A stretch of 64,000 nucleotides of DNA from an uncultured Methanoregulaceae archaeon (GCA_963705255.1 OY970061.1:2080001-2144000), one strand, 5' to 3'; positions 46,301 through 55,610 are shown, counted from the stretch's first letter. Program-made: numbers and translations. Notes: generated by a model from the sequence alone, not told the origin.

Positions 46301-46613
46301 TGGCGCTGCCACTTATTTTATTGACCGTGAACGTGGTTGACGCCTGGCCATTAGAATTGGTATTACTGCTTGATGGACTGACTGTCCCCATGCCAGTAGA
46401 ATTTGGATCCAGGGAGAAGGTTACCGGTATCCCGTTTTGATGTTCACCACTCGAATCCACGGCTGTAACCGTGATTGTTGACTGGGAATTCCCGTTTGCT
46501 ATCACCCATGTTTGCGTAGAGGTGATGGTCGAATTGGCGAGATCATTTGCCGCCACAGGGGCTATAAGAAGATAGAGACAGAGAATACCGATGATAGCGA
46601 AAAATATTCGCAT
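43311..46613 (-). CDS. Secreted adhesin-like protein with Ig-like (invasin/Big) repeats, a vWA domain and a PKD insert
   Basis: Sec signal peptide ending APVAA; TNSNGQA and TDSNGNA Big motifs; DRSGS MIDAS and LLTDG; FTDTS..WSWNFGD PKD. Confidence 0.85.
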   Translation of the reverse strand: MRIFFAIIGILCLYLLIAPVAANDLANSTITSTQTWVIANGNSQSTITVTAVDSSGEHQNGIPVTFSLDPNSTGMGTVSPSSSNTNSNGQASTTFTVNKISGSATIRAALTYNGNITNLVYVQQIDHDVPFYWTVTSPPQASVGTEIWFNVSYTDQWGNVIDHRNPADPDTVSLQIGSVSGKAAFDSNGAYVTSTTQQLDGQGVLSVKVLLDSIAGQNNIHMQTFGAIPDEYPSILGIANGVPASIVQTTSPSPPDVPADMAHTVSVEYILYDKYGNPTIGQNISVQTSAGEYYPNLTSNQVGQIGLTYGPQGTAENVTLTATAFANSSVTCNETVTFYSTAPVNWVLTADPQIMPSLDANNNTAANITAQVMDVMGNPVAGQTVTFSLGTPTYDKSTDIVTAAPKLTGTSAVTDSNGNAIVQFIPGGFSTNASMMYYNPTATGTCPVTATWNGMQQSVILTWKNYPYLSAFTSVFPPTVGVNGTVTVTVKLTGDGWALAPNPIDAVLLIDRSGSMSTGMGNGKTELQNAQAGAKNFVSMMNASNDRIAVVSFSGYDSGQNIDTTVNSPLTTNSATINTAINNLKANGVTGTRDGLYQSVALLNSNPNPNPKAVRAVILLTDGDYNWLGDFLGRGTGYYPAPPAGYSGYSTSALEPNKYLYYNGLGGDLISPPEANFIGNTTGTARQVQFTDTSTGITAGTSWSWNFGDNSGTSNLQNPVYTYAQHKSTHYYTVTETVTNAAGSNQIAQSNYITVTGSNPGPVTTTVNTPSSKPTPSSTSTCTDGAFTAQNMSVFAANNNIRIYTISYYNSFDPQAISDMEVLAGATGGFYANAPDAATLAQIYTNIAGNLQTAAGVNTQMNLDFQNVNVSGVTVPGAQVFRYVAANPGSTDITWQDGVTNNTDQSGQWNLNQQLNFNIGTINLGQTWQAIFELNVTQAGSIQLFGGPSTITFNNGTSSMTLPPAYITAVNNLTNTGVTTQSIQLSNFVVTQSGIITDFVPLQWNTTYPGAQTAMERLYYSTVYQQPQTCGASPWVLFNQQTSIPPGESSESSSLDVRTLPAGTYYICVLAQANDALSAVSETASDIQVKTSGKAYIKLQ

Positions 46614-46939
46614 GGCCAGCCCCTGAACAGGGGATTACATTTTAAAGTATAAATATTTATGCTTTTAAAAAAAACAGATTTTTCGTGCCCGTTCTCCAAA
46701 TAAAGATATAATCTATGAATATTATAGAGAGTTGTACTTTTTTTAAAGAGAAGTTGAAGAGATCCAGAATCTTCCATGGACGCATATAGATGCGCGTTCA
46801 CCTGGAATGGCTGCCGTGGGCCCACAGCCTAAGATCATGAAATATTTTTATTGATCTCCGCAACGCGGGGCTTCGCGGGAATTGTACGCAGATACGGCAA
46901 TTCACCCACCCTACGTTAAAAATGAAGAATAACGTATGA

Positions 46940-47854
46940 CTATTCTGTTTCAAGTTCTTTTTTGGCAGCCAGGATCTGTTTCAGCTGCTCTGCGGATATT
47001 TCCGGGCTGCTGAGGTTGAGCCCGCTGATAGCAGAGGTCACCACTTCGGCGACAAAGGTCCGGGCCGCCCACTTGTAATCAGCAGGAACAATGAACCATG
47101 GCGCATAATCAGTGGACGTTGCAGATAACATCTCCTCGTAGACTTTCGTATACCGGTCCCAGAACTGCCGTTCGGCAAGATCTGCGGTCGAGAACTTCCA
47201 GTACTTTTCCTTGTGGTCCAGCCGGTCGAGAAGCCGCTTCTTCTGTTCGTCTTTTGATATGTGGAGGAAAAACTTGAGGATGACCGTCCCGTTCCGGACA
47301 AGGTGCTTTTCAAAGGAATTGATATCCTTGAACCGGGCGGTCCAGAAACCATCGCTGCCCGGACCGAGATTTCCGGGGAGTGTTTCCACGCGTTCCGGGT
47401 GGACCCTCACCACCAGGACGTCCTCGTAGTACGAACGGTTGAATATGCCGATCATCCCGCGCTCGGGCAGCACCCGGGAGTAGCGCCAGAGAAAATCATG
47501 GGCATGGTCTTCCGGGCCCGGGACCTTGAAGCTGTGGACAGAGCAGCCCTGGGGGTTTACGCCGGACATAACGTGCCGGATCGTCCCGTCTTTTCCCGCC
47601 GTGTCCATTCCCTGCAGAACGATCAGCATCCCGTATTCCTGGGAGGCAGCGAGGAGTTCCTGGGCTTCTGCAAGCGCTGCCCGGTCTTTTTCAAGCATCT
47701 CCTCAAGCAGGCCCTTTGCTCTCTCTTCGCTCATCGTTTTGAGCAACTCATGCCGGACCCAGCCGGTATCGTATCTTTTCAGGTGCACCTTTTTCCCCGG
47801 CTCGACCCTGAACATCCGGAGATAGTCCTTCACTTTCGGCCCTCTGAGTTCCAT
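46940..47854 (-). CDS. ppk2: Polyphosphate kinase 2 family
   Basis: QGMDTAGKDG, FNRSYYEDVL, KFFLHISK.EQ..R. Confidence 0.92.
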   Translation of the reverse strand: MELRGPKVKDYLRMFRVEPGKKVHLKRYDTGWVRHELLKTMSEERAKGLLEEMLEKDRAALAEAQELLAASQEYGMLIVLQGMDTAGKDGTIRHVMSGVNPQGCSVHSFKVPGPEDHAHDFLWRYSRVLPERGMIGIFNRSYYEDVLVVRVHPERVETLPGNLGPGSDGFWTARFKDINSFEKHLVRNGTVILKFFLHISKDEQKKRLLDRLDHKEKYWKFSTADLAERQFWDRYTKVYEEMLSATSTDYAPWFIVPADYKWAARTFVAEVVTSAISGLNLSSPEISAEQLKQILAAKKELETE

Positions 47855-47904
47855 TCTTTTCACCGTCGTGCTCTCACTGACAAACTTCGCCCCCCGGTTT
47901 CCGG

Positions 47905-48469
47905 TCAGGCAATGTTTTCTCCTGTTTCCACCGGGCGGACGCTGATATCCATCCCGGCGATCCTCCTGCAGACCTTTGCAGTCTTGTTCTTGGTCCAGCG
48001 GTCGAAAACGAGCGACTGGAACGGCTGCCAGATGGTCACCCAGCAGAAGATCACCAGCACGTTCTCAACGACCTCGGTGAGGGGGTTCCCTTTGAACTGG
48101 GAACAGATGGCAATGCCGAGGAATGAGGGAATACACACGGCGATCGTCAGCCGGAACTCCCGGAGGCTCGACCTTCTGGGTGAGCCTCCCCTCTTTCAGA
48201 TAGTCGAGCGACCGGTTCCGGAAATGTGCCCGCACCGCAGAGACAATTGCATCCCTGCGATCCGGGGTAAGTTCTGAAGCGGGCAGGAGGATCTCCAGCC
48301 GGTCGAACATCTCCCCGCGATACCCTTTCGGGACGTCCAGCACTTCACGGAAGATCTGCTCCTCGGCACGATCCGACAACCCGCGGTTGTTCTCGGGAGT
48401 CGGATCATCCGGGTCAAAGAAATGAGCAATCGTCCGGAACGTTACGGACGCACACGTGTTCTTCTGCAT
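47905..48469 (-). CDS. Hypothetical membrane protein, with an indel at ~48171
   Basis: ORFs 48065-48469 and 47905-48138 join into one protein with two C-terminal TM helices (WVTIWQP). Confidence 0.65.
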
Positions 48470-48505
48470 GTCTGGTCTCCAGATTTTTTCTCATTATCTC
48501 TAAAG

Positions 48506-48670
48506 TCAGCAGGGATTGAAATACACCATCAGCACCATCTCAGGACCAGCGATCATGAGCATCTGCACCGGGGTACCGCCCACCGGTTATTGACCAGGTT
48601 CATACCAGGGAACCCCCCCAACGATTGCCAGGACCCCGGTAAGCGCTGTGAGAACTGCGAGAATCTTCAT
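48506..48670 (-). pseudogene. Possible CorA C-terminal remnant
   Basis: MKILAVLT...GGFPGMN, then ...MVLMVYF in another frame. Confidence 0.3.
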
Positions 48671-48879
48671 GACGCGTGCAGGTGCCTTATCCCCGTTTTC
48701 GCCACCTTTCCAGATAGTATGAACCAGTCTCATCCCCGCTCTCATTTATAAATAACGTTTTTGTTTCACGGGTCTCTGCCGGCAATATCCCCATGACAGG
48801 AATTCGTGGCAGCGGGAACGGATTTTGGAAGCATTCTTATGGGGAAAAATGCAATGTCCCATATTCTGGACATGATACC

Positions 48880-50328
48880 ATGAATGAACCCACCGCCTCC
48901 CCGAAGATGGCCAAAAAAGATCTCCTGATCGTTATCGTGATCGCCCTCGGGTCGTTCATGGCCGGCCTTGATGCCACTATCGTGAATATCGCCCTTCCGG
49001 ATATCGCAAAATCCCTTGACGTCTCAACCGTGACCGTCTCGTGGGTGCTCAACGCGTACCTGATCATCCTCGTGAGTCTCCTGCTTGCAGCGTCAAGGCT
49101 CGGAGATATGAAGGGATACCGGAATATCTTCATTGGCGGCTTTGCACTCTTCACCGCCGGCTCCGCGCTGTGCGGTCTTGCGCCCGCGTTTGATGTCCTG
49201 ATCATCGCCCGGATGCTCCAGGCCGTCGGCGGGGCGGTCATCTCCGCGCTGGGGGCGGTCATGGTCACCTCGTACCTGTCGGCATCCGTGCGCGGTCAGG
49301 CGCTCGGGATCGTCGCCATGTTCACGATGCTCGGGGCAGCCCTCGGGCCGGTGATCGGGGGATTTTTGACGAGCGCGTTCTCCTGGCGCTTCATCTTCTA
49401 CGTGAACCTGCCGGTGGGAATCATTGCGATCCTCCTGGGGATGCACATCATCCCCCGAAGGGCACCCGTTACACCCGACGCAAAACTGGATATTCCGGGC
49501 GTGGTGCTGGTCTTTGTGGCACTCTCGACCCTCATTGTCGGTCTGACATCTGTCCAGGGTGACAACGCACTCGTTGGTATGGCTGCCCTCGTGGTATCGG
49601 TCATCTTCTGGATCCTCTTCTATGTGCAGGAACGGCGGTCAAAAGAAGCGCTGGTCAATATCAGCCTGCTGTCCGGCCGGGCATACACGCTCCAGAACGT
49701 GAACGTGATGCTGATCCAGATGGCGATGGCGGGCGTGATGGTCATCATGCCTTTCTACCTTGAACTGGTAAAGAACATCCATGCCGACAATGCCGGGACG
49801 ATCCTGCTTGCCCTTCCGGTGGGGATGATCCTGACGGCTCCGCTCGCCGGGAAGATCTCGGACGTGATCGGGACGAAAAAACCGATTATCACGGGTTTTG
49901 TTCTCTGTGCCGTCTCCCTTCTCCTCCTCTCTACCATCTCCGAGCGCACCAGCGTGGGCCATATCTGCGTCTACCTCTTCCTGCTGGGCGCTGGTTCCGG
50001 GGTCGCGTTCTCCCCGCTCAACAGTGCGGTCATGGGGGAGGCGCCGGTGAAAGACCGGGGGGCAACGAGCGGGCTCGTCAAGATGATGACCAACCTCGGG
50101 TCGTCGCTTGGCGTGGCCATGGTCATGCTCGTTGCGACCATGGCGGCCGGGCCAAAACTCGCCGAAGTTTCCGCCCACACGCTCCCGTCATCCGCCCTCG
50201 CCGCGGCGTTTGATGCCGCCTTCCTCTTCTGCATGGTGCTGGAGATCATCGGGGTTGTCCTGATGCTTGCCGTTGCGGAGAAAGAGCCCTCAGGCAGCAG
50301 CGACGGGGAAGTAGCGATCGGGTTCTAG
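48880..50328 (+). CDS. MFS transporter (DHA2/EmrB-like, 14 TM)
   Basis: LDATIVNIALPDI, RLGDMKG, GAALGPVIGG. Confidence 0.92.
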   Translation: MNEPTASPKMAKKDLLIVIVIALGSFMAGLDATIVNIALPDIAKSLDVSTVTVSWVLNAYLIILVSLLLAASRLGDMKGYRNIFIGGFALFTAGSALCGLAPAFDVLIIARMLQAVGGAVISALGAVMVTSYLSASVRGQALGIVAMFTMLGAALGPVIGGFLTSAFSWRFIFYVNLPVGIIAILLGMHIIPRRAPVTPDAKLDIPGVVLVFVALSTLIVGLTSVQGDNALVGMAALVVSVIFWILFYVQERRSKEALVNISLLSGRAYTLQNVNVMLIQMAMAGVMVIMPFYLELVKNIHADNAGTILLALPVGMILTAPLAGKISDVIGTKKPIITGFVLCAVSLLLLSTISERTSVGHICVYLFLLGAGSGVAFSPLNSAVMGEAPVKDRGATSGLVKMMTNLGSSLGVAMVMLVATMAAGPKLAEVSAHTLPSSALAAAFDAAFLFCMVLEIIGVVLMLAVAEKEPSGSSDGEVAIGF

Positions 50329-50430
50329 ACGGTGGGCGGGAGAGGGTAGCTTTTTCCCTCTCTCCTACATCCCCCTTCCTGTTTTTCATCATCAATACGG
50401 TTATTTTCCCGGTAACGAAGTACTACAACA

Positions 50431-52815
50431 ATGCCGAGGCCGGACCCTGCTCCCTGTGAGGAACCTGACACGAATCCCGGGAACCGTGCGGAAACCTTCC
50501 TTTTCGATGACCTCACCAGCTGGCGCGAACATCTCGCCCGGAGCATCGCGAGGAACAACATCGGGCTGCGCAGCGAACAGATCGCGGCTGCCACGAACCG
50601 GATCATCTTCTCCACCCTCTTCCTGCGCATAGCAGAGGACCGGGGGCTCGTGGCGGCAGGTACCCTGCAGCAGATCAGCGATCATGGTGACCAGTACGGG
50701 CAGCTGCTGGAGACCGCCTCGTACCTGTCCGGACTCTGGGAAGACAGGGACAATCCTTCCCTAGCGCCTCCCGTTCCCATGGGAATGCTCATCATCGAAG
50801 ACCGCGTGCTCAGTGCGGTACTTTCCCGTCTCGTATCCGACGACAGGCCGTATCATTTTGACCATCTCGATCTGGAAGTCGTTGCCGGGGTGCTGGAGCA
50901 CTATCTCACCCGGACCGTCAGAAGATCCGCGGCGCACCAGGTGACCGTGGTCGATACTCACGATACTGTCCTGTCCCGCGGCAGGACGTCCCCTCCCCTC
51001 CATGTGATCCGGTATATGGCAACGACCTCCCTTGATGGAGCGAGGTTGAACCGCTCGCCCCGTGATGTGCTGCCGCTCCGGGTCCTCGATCCTTCATGCG
51101 GGGCCGGAACGGTACTTCTCTGCATCTTCCGGGCTCTCCTTGTATCCGGAGGAGGTAACCGGCTGACCTTAGACGAATGCCACACCATCCTCGTCGATTC
51201 CCTCTACGGGGTGGACATAAGCCGGCAAGCCGTTGCGGTGACAAAGATGCTCCTGCTCTTCCGGCTCTTTGAGGTGTGCACACCTTCCCAGGTACCGCAG
51301 GATGTTCCGGGCATAACAGAACGTGTGCTCCGTGACCTGCGGCACACGGTCCGGTGCGGGAATGCTCTCATCGCGCCCGATATCGTGAAAGACGAATCAT
51401 GGATGTTCTGCCCGGCGAGGGAGCGCCACACGCTCAACCCGTTTGCATGGCCCGGGGAGTTCCCGGAAATTTTTGCAGCGGGAGGGTTCGATGCAATGAT
51501 CAGCAATCCCCCGGAGGGGCTGCCAGAACAGAAAGAATGGATCCAGCGATACCTGCAGCGGCACTACGCGGTCTATGACCCGGAGGTTGACCTGTCGGCA
51601 TTCTTTGTCGAAAAAGGGCTTGTGCTTCTCCGGCCCGGCGGGACCCTATGTTTCTCCATGAGTGACCGCTGGTTCCGGGGGAGGGCCGGGTCGCCGCTGA
51701 GATCTCTTCTCACAACAAACCAGATCGAGGAGATCGTGGATCTTCCGGGATCCGGCGGGGTCCTAGATGAAAAAGGGATCAATATTCTCCGGCTCATCAA
51801 CCGCCCCCCGTCCCACCCTGCCATGGTGACGCTGGTGGATCCCGCATTTTCAGGAGACCTGGAGGAGTATGTAAAGGCCCGCCATTTCCCGGTTGACCAG
51901 GCAGATTTTGGTGAAGGAGGCTGGACACTCCTCGACGGGAGGACCGAGGAGATCCTGGAAAAAATCCGGAAGTCCGGTTCCCCGCTTGAGGACTATGTTA
52001 TGGGGCAGGTCCACCCAGGGACAGAATGTGCATCCGACCCGGCTTTTGTCATCGATAGCAGTCTTGGGAAAACCCTGATCAGCGCAGACCCGCGATGCAA
52101 GGGGTTCATACGGCCGGTGATCACCGGAGACATGATCGGACGGTACGAACCGGCAGTGCACACCTCGTTTGCGGTCTTCATCCCGCAGGGCTGGACGGAC
52201 CACCACCCGGGAGCCCCCTCCAACCCGTGGCGCTGGTTTAAAAAACGGCACCCGGTGCTCGCCCGTTTCCTGAAGTCCCGGAAATCAGCGCAAGCGGAAA
52301 CTGCCCCGGATCACTGGTGGGAGACCGCGTGCAGCGAGGAGTTCTGGCGGGAATCGCATCCCAAAATTATTTTTATGAACCGGTTCCGGGGACTGGCATT
52401 CGGGTTCGATCCCGGTCGCGGTATCGCGGGCCCATCGGTATGGGCTCTCGCGTCTTCAAGCCTCTATCTCCTCGGCATCCTGAACAGCCGTCTGATCTCG
52501 TTTGTTTTTGCCCATACCGTCCGATCATCATCCCGGCATCGCACGGAGTTCTCAGGTGACGATCTGATGGGTATCCCGGTCTACACCCCCGACTTCGACA
52601 ACCCGGATGACAAAGCCCGGCACGATCGCATGGTCGCGCTCGTCACTGAAATGCTGGAGCTGCACAAGCACCTGAGCCAGGCAAAGACCGACCAGGAGAA
52701 ACGGATCATCACGCAGGAAATAGAATCGACCGACCGGCAGATCGACTCGCTGGTGTACGGGCTCTACGGGCTGACGGCCGATGAGATTATGGTGGTGGAA
52801 GCGAACTCTGCCTGA
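50431..52815 (+). CDS. Type IIG (Eco57I/TaqI-C)-like N6-methyltransferase homologue with no nuclease domain and an atypical NPPE motif
   Basis: VLDPSCGAG, YGVDI, IRCGN-like VRCGNAL, GGFDAMISNPPE, YLLGILNS, IDSLVYGLYGLT. Confidence 0.8.
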   Translation: MPRPDPAPCEEPDTNPGNRAETFLFDDLTSWREHLARSIARNNIGLRSEQIAAATNRIIFSTLFLRIAEDRGLVAAGTLQQISDHGDQYGQLLETASYLSGLWEDRDNPSLAPPVPMGMLIIEDRVLSAVLSRLVSDDRPYHFDHLDLEVVAGVLEHYLTRTVRRSAAHQVTVVDTHDTVLSRGRTSPPLHVIRYMATTSLDGARLNRSPRDVLPLRVLDPSCGAGTVLLCIFRALLVSGGGNRLTLDECHTILVDSLYGVDISRQAVAVTKMLLLFRLFEVCTPSQVPQDVPGITERVLRDLRHTVRCGNALIAPDIVKDESWMFCPARERHTLNPFAWPGEFPEIFAAGGFDAMISNPPEGLPEQKEWIQRYLQRHYAVYDPEVDLSAFFVEKGLVLLRPGGTLCFSMSDRWFRGRAGSPLRSLLTTNQIEEIVDLPGSGGVLDEKGINILRLINRPPSHPAMVTLVDPAFSGDLEEYVKARHFPVDQADFGEGGWTLLDGRTEEILEKIRKSGSPLEDYVMGQVHPGTECASDPAFVIDSSLGKTLISADPRCKGFIRPVITGDMIGRYEPAVHTSFAVFIPQGWTDHHPGAPSNPWRWFKKRHPVLARFLKSRKSAQAETAPDHWWETACSEEFWRESHPKIIFMNRFRGLAFGFDPGRGIAGPSVWALASSSLYLLGILNSRLISFVFAHTVRSSSRHRTEFSGDDLMGIPVYTPDFDNPDDKARHDRMVALVTEMLELHKHLSQAKTDQEKRIITQEIESTDRQIDSLVYGLYGLTADEIMVVEANSA

Positions 52816-52853
52816 AAGGCAGAGCGAGCTGGAGAAGAAATTTCAATTTCTTC
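52806..52853 (+). terminator. Twin hairpins at the methyltransferase stop codon
   Basis: CTCTGCCT-GAA-AGGCAGAG and GAAGAAATT-TC-AATTTCTTC. Confidence 0.3.
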
Positions 52854-53259
52854 GATAGAAGAGCGTCGGGAAGTAACCCATTCACTTTTTTTGCTCTGAG
52901 AATTCCCCTGACGTTCCTGGGGAGGAGGCAAGCATATCCCCTTGCCGGGTACTCGCCGGGTCCCAATCACATCCCCTCCCGCTTTTGGTCTCCATAACGT
53001 TGCTATATACGACCTCATCCATTCCCGCCGGAGATTGCCCGATTATTCCTGGCCGGTTCCGCATTTTTCCGAATTATGACCTCTAAAATCCAGGGTTCTG
53101 GGGAAAAGAGGTACAGCCAGGCCCGCAGCGGGCTTTGATGTACCAGAATTCCCGCAGGGATTTTTGACCGTGAAAGCCGCTTCATCTGACGATAACATCT
53201 GGCCTGGTCTTCGGTGAGATCACTCCTTTAAAACAGGATTTCTACAGAGCATAAATTTG

Positions 53260-53790
53260 TTAAAACGACCAGTTTTCTTCCCTGAACATTCCGAAATGAT
53301 CAGTTGAGTCAATTCGCAAGCAAGAACAGACATCCGGGATCTTTTTCATGTTATTGGGATGCAGACGGGGATTGTCACTAAGTTTTCCTTTTTCATTTGT
53401 GACAACACAAATCTTGTAGCGTGTCAGGGTTTGCTGAGGTTGATCTCTCATCGTTAACGCCAAAGCGACAACGAATGGATCTGCATGATGCAATTTATCG
53501 GATTCAGCATCTGCTAATCGTGGAAATTGTGTCAGGACCTCTTGGGTTTTTATGATAAGATCGTCATCGAACTCCTGAAAAATAAAATCGTGATCAGTTA
53601 CCCATTGCAGGAGAAGATCATATCCTTCGAGAAGTTCCTTTTTCACTTCAACAGGCGCCACCAGTAGTCCGGAAACGGCGAGATCGTAGATGTGCTCCCA
53701 GACACTCGGAAATATATCCGGGGGATACTGTCGTTGCAGTTCGATAAGAGAAGAAGTATCGATAATATACAGATTTTCAGTCCCGGACAT
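53260..53790 (-). CDS. DUF4411 family PIN-domain protein
   Basis: YIIDTSSLI, FPSVWE, ADPFVVALA, VVTNE, KIPDVC. Confidence 0.85.
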   Translation of the reverse strand: MSGTENLYIIDTSSLIELQRQYPPDIFPSVWEHIYDLAVSGLLVAPVEVKKELLEGYDLLLQWVTDHDFIFQEFDDDLIIKTQEVLTQFPRLADAESDKLHHADPFVVALALTMRDQPQQTLTRYKICVVTNEKGKLSDNPRLHPNNMKKIPDVCSCLRIDSTDHFGMFREENWSF

Positions 53791-53798
53791 TCAGATAC

Positions 53799-54989
53799 TC
53801 ACGATTTTGCCCTGAGGCTTTCCAGATTCTTCATTTTAATATCGAGATAATCAAGGGCATCGCGGCTGGTGATATATCCAAGATCAGAATTCTTCAGGAC
53901 GAGCGAGACGAATCGGTGCCCTTTCTCGTCAAAACATTTTTTGTCAAGAGAGATCGCCGGCCCGCCCTTTTTCGCACTTTGTTTTTGTCTCTCTTTAGCA
54001 AGAGTTTTCTTCAATAGGGCATCCGCCCGGATCTTATCGCGCTCAGTCCTGAACTTATCCGGGCTGATATAATCAAGCGTGAGCAACCGCATCAGGGCCG
54101 ACTCTTTACTGATCTTTAGCATGTTTGCCAATGAGCCGGCAATCCGGGAATAATGGGCATTTTTCAGAAATGTCTCAATACCGAACTCTTTTTTGAGAAA
54201 ATCTTCCGGGACTAAAAATGCTCCGGCGAACCGGTTACACCAGTATTCAATCCCTTTAATCTCTTTATTGTCTATTTCATCGCTGTCCCGGTTGCAGACA
54301 GCTGATTGATTTAAGAGAATATGCCCGTATTCATGGAAGAGCGTGAATATCTTTGCATTCGGCGCATCCGATTCATTGACAACAATGACAAACGGTTCGA
54401 CTTCTGTAAGAGAAAAACCACGGGCATCCTCAATGGGCATCTTCAGCTGGAGAATCATGATATTTTTCTGTTCGAACCAGTCTCTCCAGATTTGGAAAAG
54501 TTTTGTTGATGTGCTGGTTCTGATCTGAGCCATATCTATTGGCAAATCTACTCTTTCATCGTTGGCGACAATCTCTGGATTATCCTGTATGATACGGTTC
54601 CTGACTTTAACACGCACATCGCTACCCAGATTCTCCATCAGCTCGCGGCGGACTTTCTGTAATCTCCGGGCTTTCCGGATCGCAAGATGCGTCTCTCTTG
54701 AAAAATCTCCCTGAGCGCCGGAAAGTTTCCGGAAGTCCGGAAGGGTTGTAATCTCCTCAGGAGGTTTCGAGAGCAGGAAGGCTGCAAGTGGTCGTTTGAA
54801 TGCTTCAGAGAGCTTCTCGACTTTGGTCAAAGGCAAAACCGGATTCGCCTTTCCCTCGCACCAGTTCCGCACATCTTCTTCCTGAACTTCGATACGTTTG
54901 GCAATGTCCTTAGCAGGCCACCCGGAAGTACCACACAGCCACCGGAATACCTCGGGAGTGATCGATACCTCAATAGAAGCGCGTGACAT
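53799..54989 (-). CDS. XRE HTH fused to an ImmA/IrrE (M78) metallopeptidase
   Basis: N-terminal HTH, PDFR, RGFSL, FTLFHEYGH, E.WCNRFAGAFLVP. Confidence 0.88.
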   Translation of the reverse strand: MSRASIEVSITPEVFRWLCGTSGWPAKDIAKRIEVQEEDVRNWCEGKANPVLPLTKVEKLSEAFKRPLAAFLLSKPPEEITTLPDFRKLSGAQGDFSRETHLAIRKARRLQKVRRELMENLGSDVRVKVRNRIIQDNPEIVANDERVDLPIDMAQIRTSTSTKLFQIWRDWFEQKNIMILQLKMPIEDARGFSLTEVEPFVIVVNESDAPNAKIFTLFHEYGHILLNQSAVCNRDSDEIDNKEIKGIEYWCNRFAGAFLVPEDFLKKEFGIETFLKNAHYSRIAGSLANMLKISKESALMRLLTLDYISPDKFRTERDKIRADALLKKTLAKERQKQSAKKGGPAISLDKKCFDEKGHRFVSLVLKNSDLGYITSRDALDYLDIKMKNLESLRAKS

Positions 54990-55127
54990 AGTATTCAGAC
55001 TATAGAGAGAGTTTTGTGATAATCTATTAAAAGATAACCCGGAAGCGGAGAAAGTGCGTGAGGTTTTATCGTCACGTTCGTGACCGGGATGTTGGAAATC
55101 CGTTTCTGGTCATCAGACCCGAACCAC

Positions 55128-55217
55128 AAGATCCCATCAGGGATCTTCGACTTCCGAAGAATTGAACGAAGCGAGATTCGAGGAGGAGAAGATCCCATCA
55201 GGGATCTTCGATTTTCG
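55128..55217. repeat. Two-copy palindromic repeat with a 61-bp period
   Basis: AAGATCCCATCAGGGATCTTCGA at 55128-55150 and 55189-55211. Confidence 0.7.
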
Positions 55218-55310
55218 TTTCTCAGTCGTAAAAACACCCCCGGATCTGAAAAACGGCTGCCAAGGCATCCCGGAGGGACGATCTCCCTGAAAATGACCTG
55301 CAGGTTGTCT

Positions 55311-55610
55311 CAAAAAACCGGATCGGTACAGGCCCGCTATTTTGCAGGTTGAAATGGGGTTAAAATCGCCCCATTTTGAAAAATATTCCCTATACATAGG
55401 ATTTTCTATCGGCGTGGACATAATTTCCACTCCACCAAAAAATGACCTTCGTCCTTTTGGCAAAAGGAGCGTTTTATGGGTATATCTGGTTTCAACCATC
55501 CTCACCCTCCATCCATATGACGTGGGGGATATCATTCCGGCACCCTATGACAACCTGCGGGTCGCATGCCTTCCGGAAGTGGCGGTTTATAGGAATTCCA
55601 TGCTTGATTT
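55311..55610. repeat. Diverged direct repeat, copy 1 (partner 56778-57070)
   Basis: Exact blocks CGCTATTTTGCAGGT, GGCGTGGACAT, TTTCCACTCC and TTTGGCAAAAGGAGC recur at a constant offset of 1467. Confidence 0.75.

Noticed and set aside
55128-55217. CRISPR array
   Set aside because: Only two repeats, with no leader or cas genes in the window
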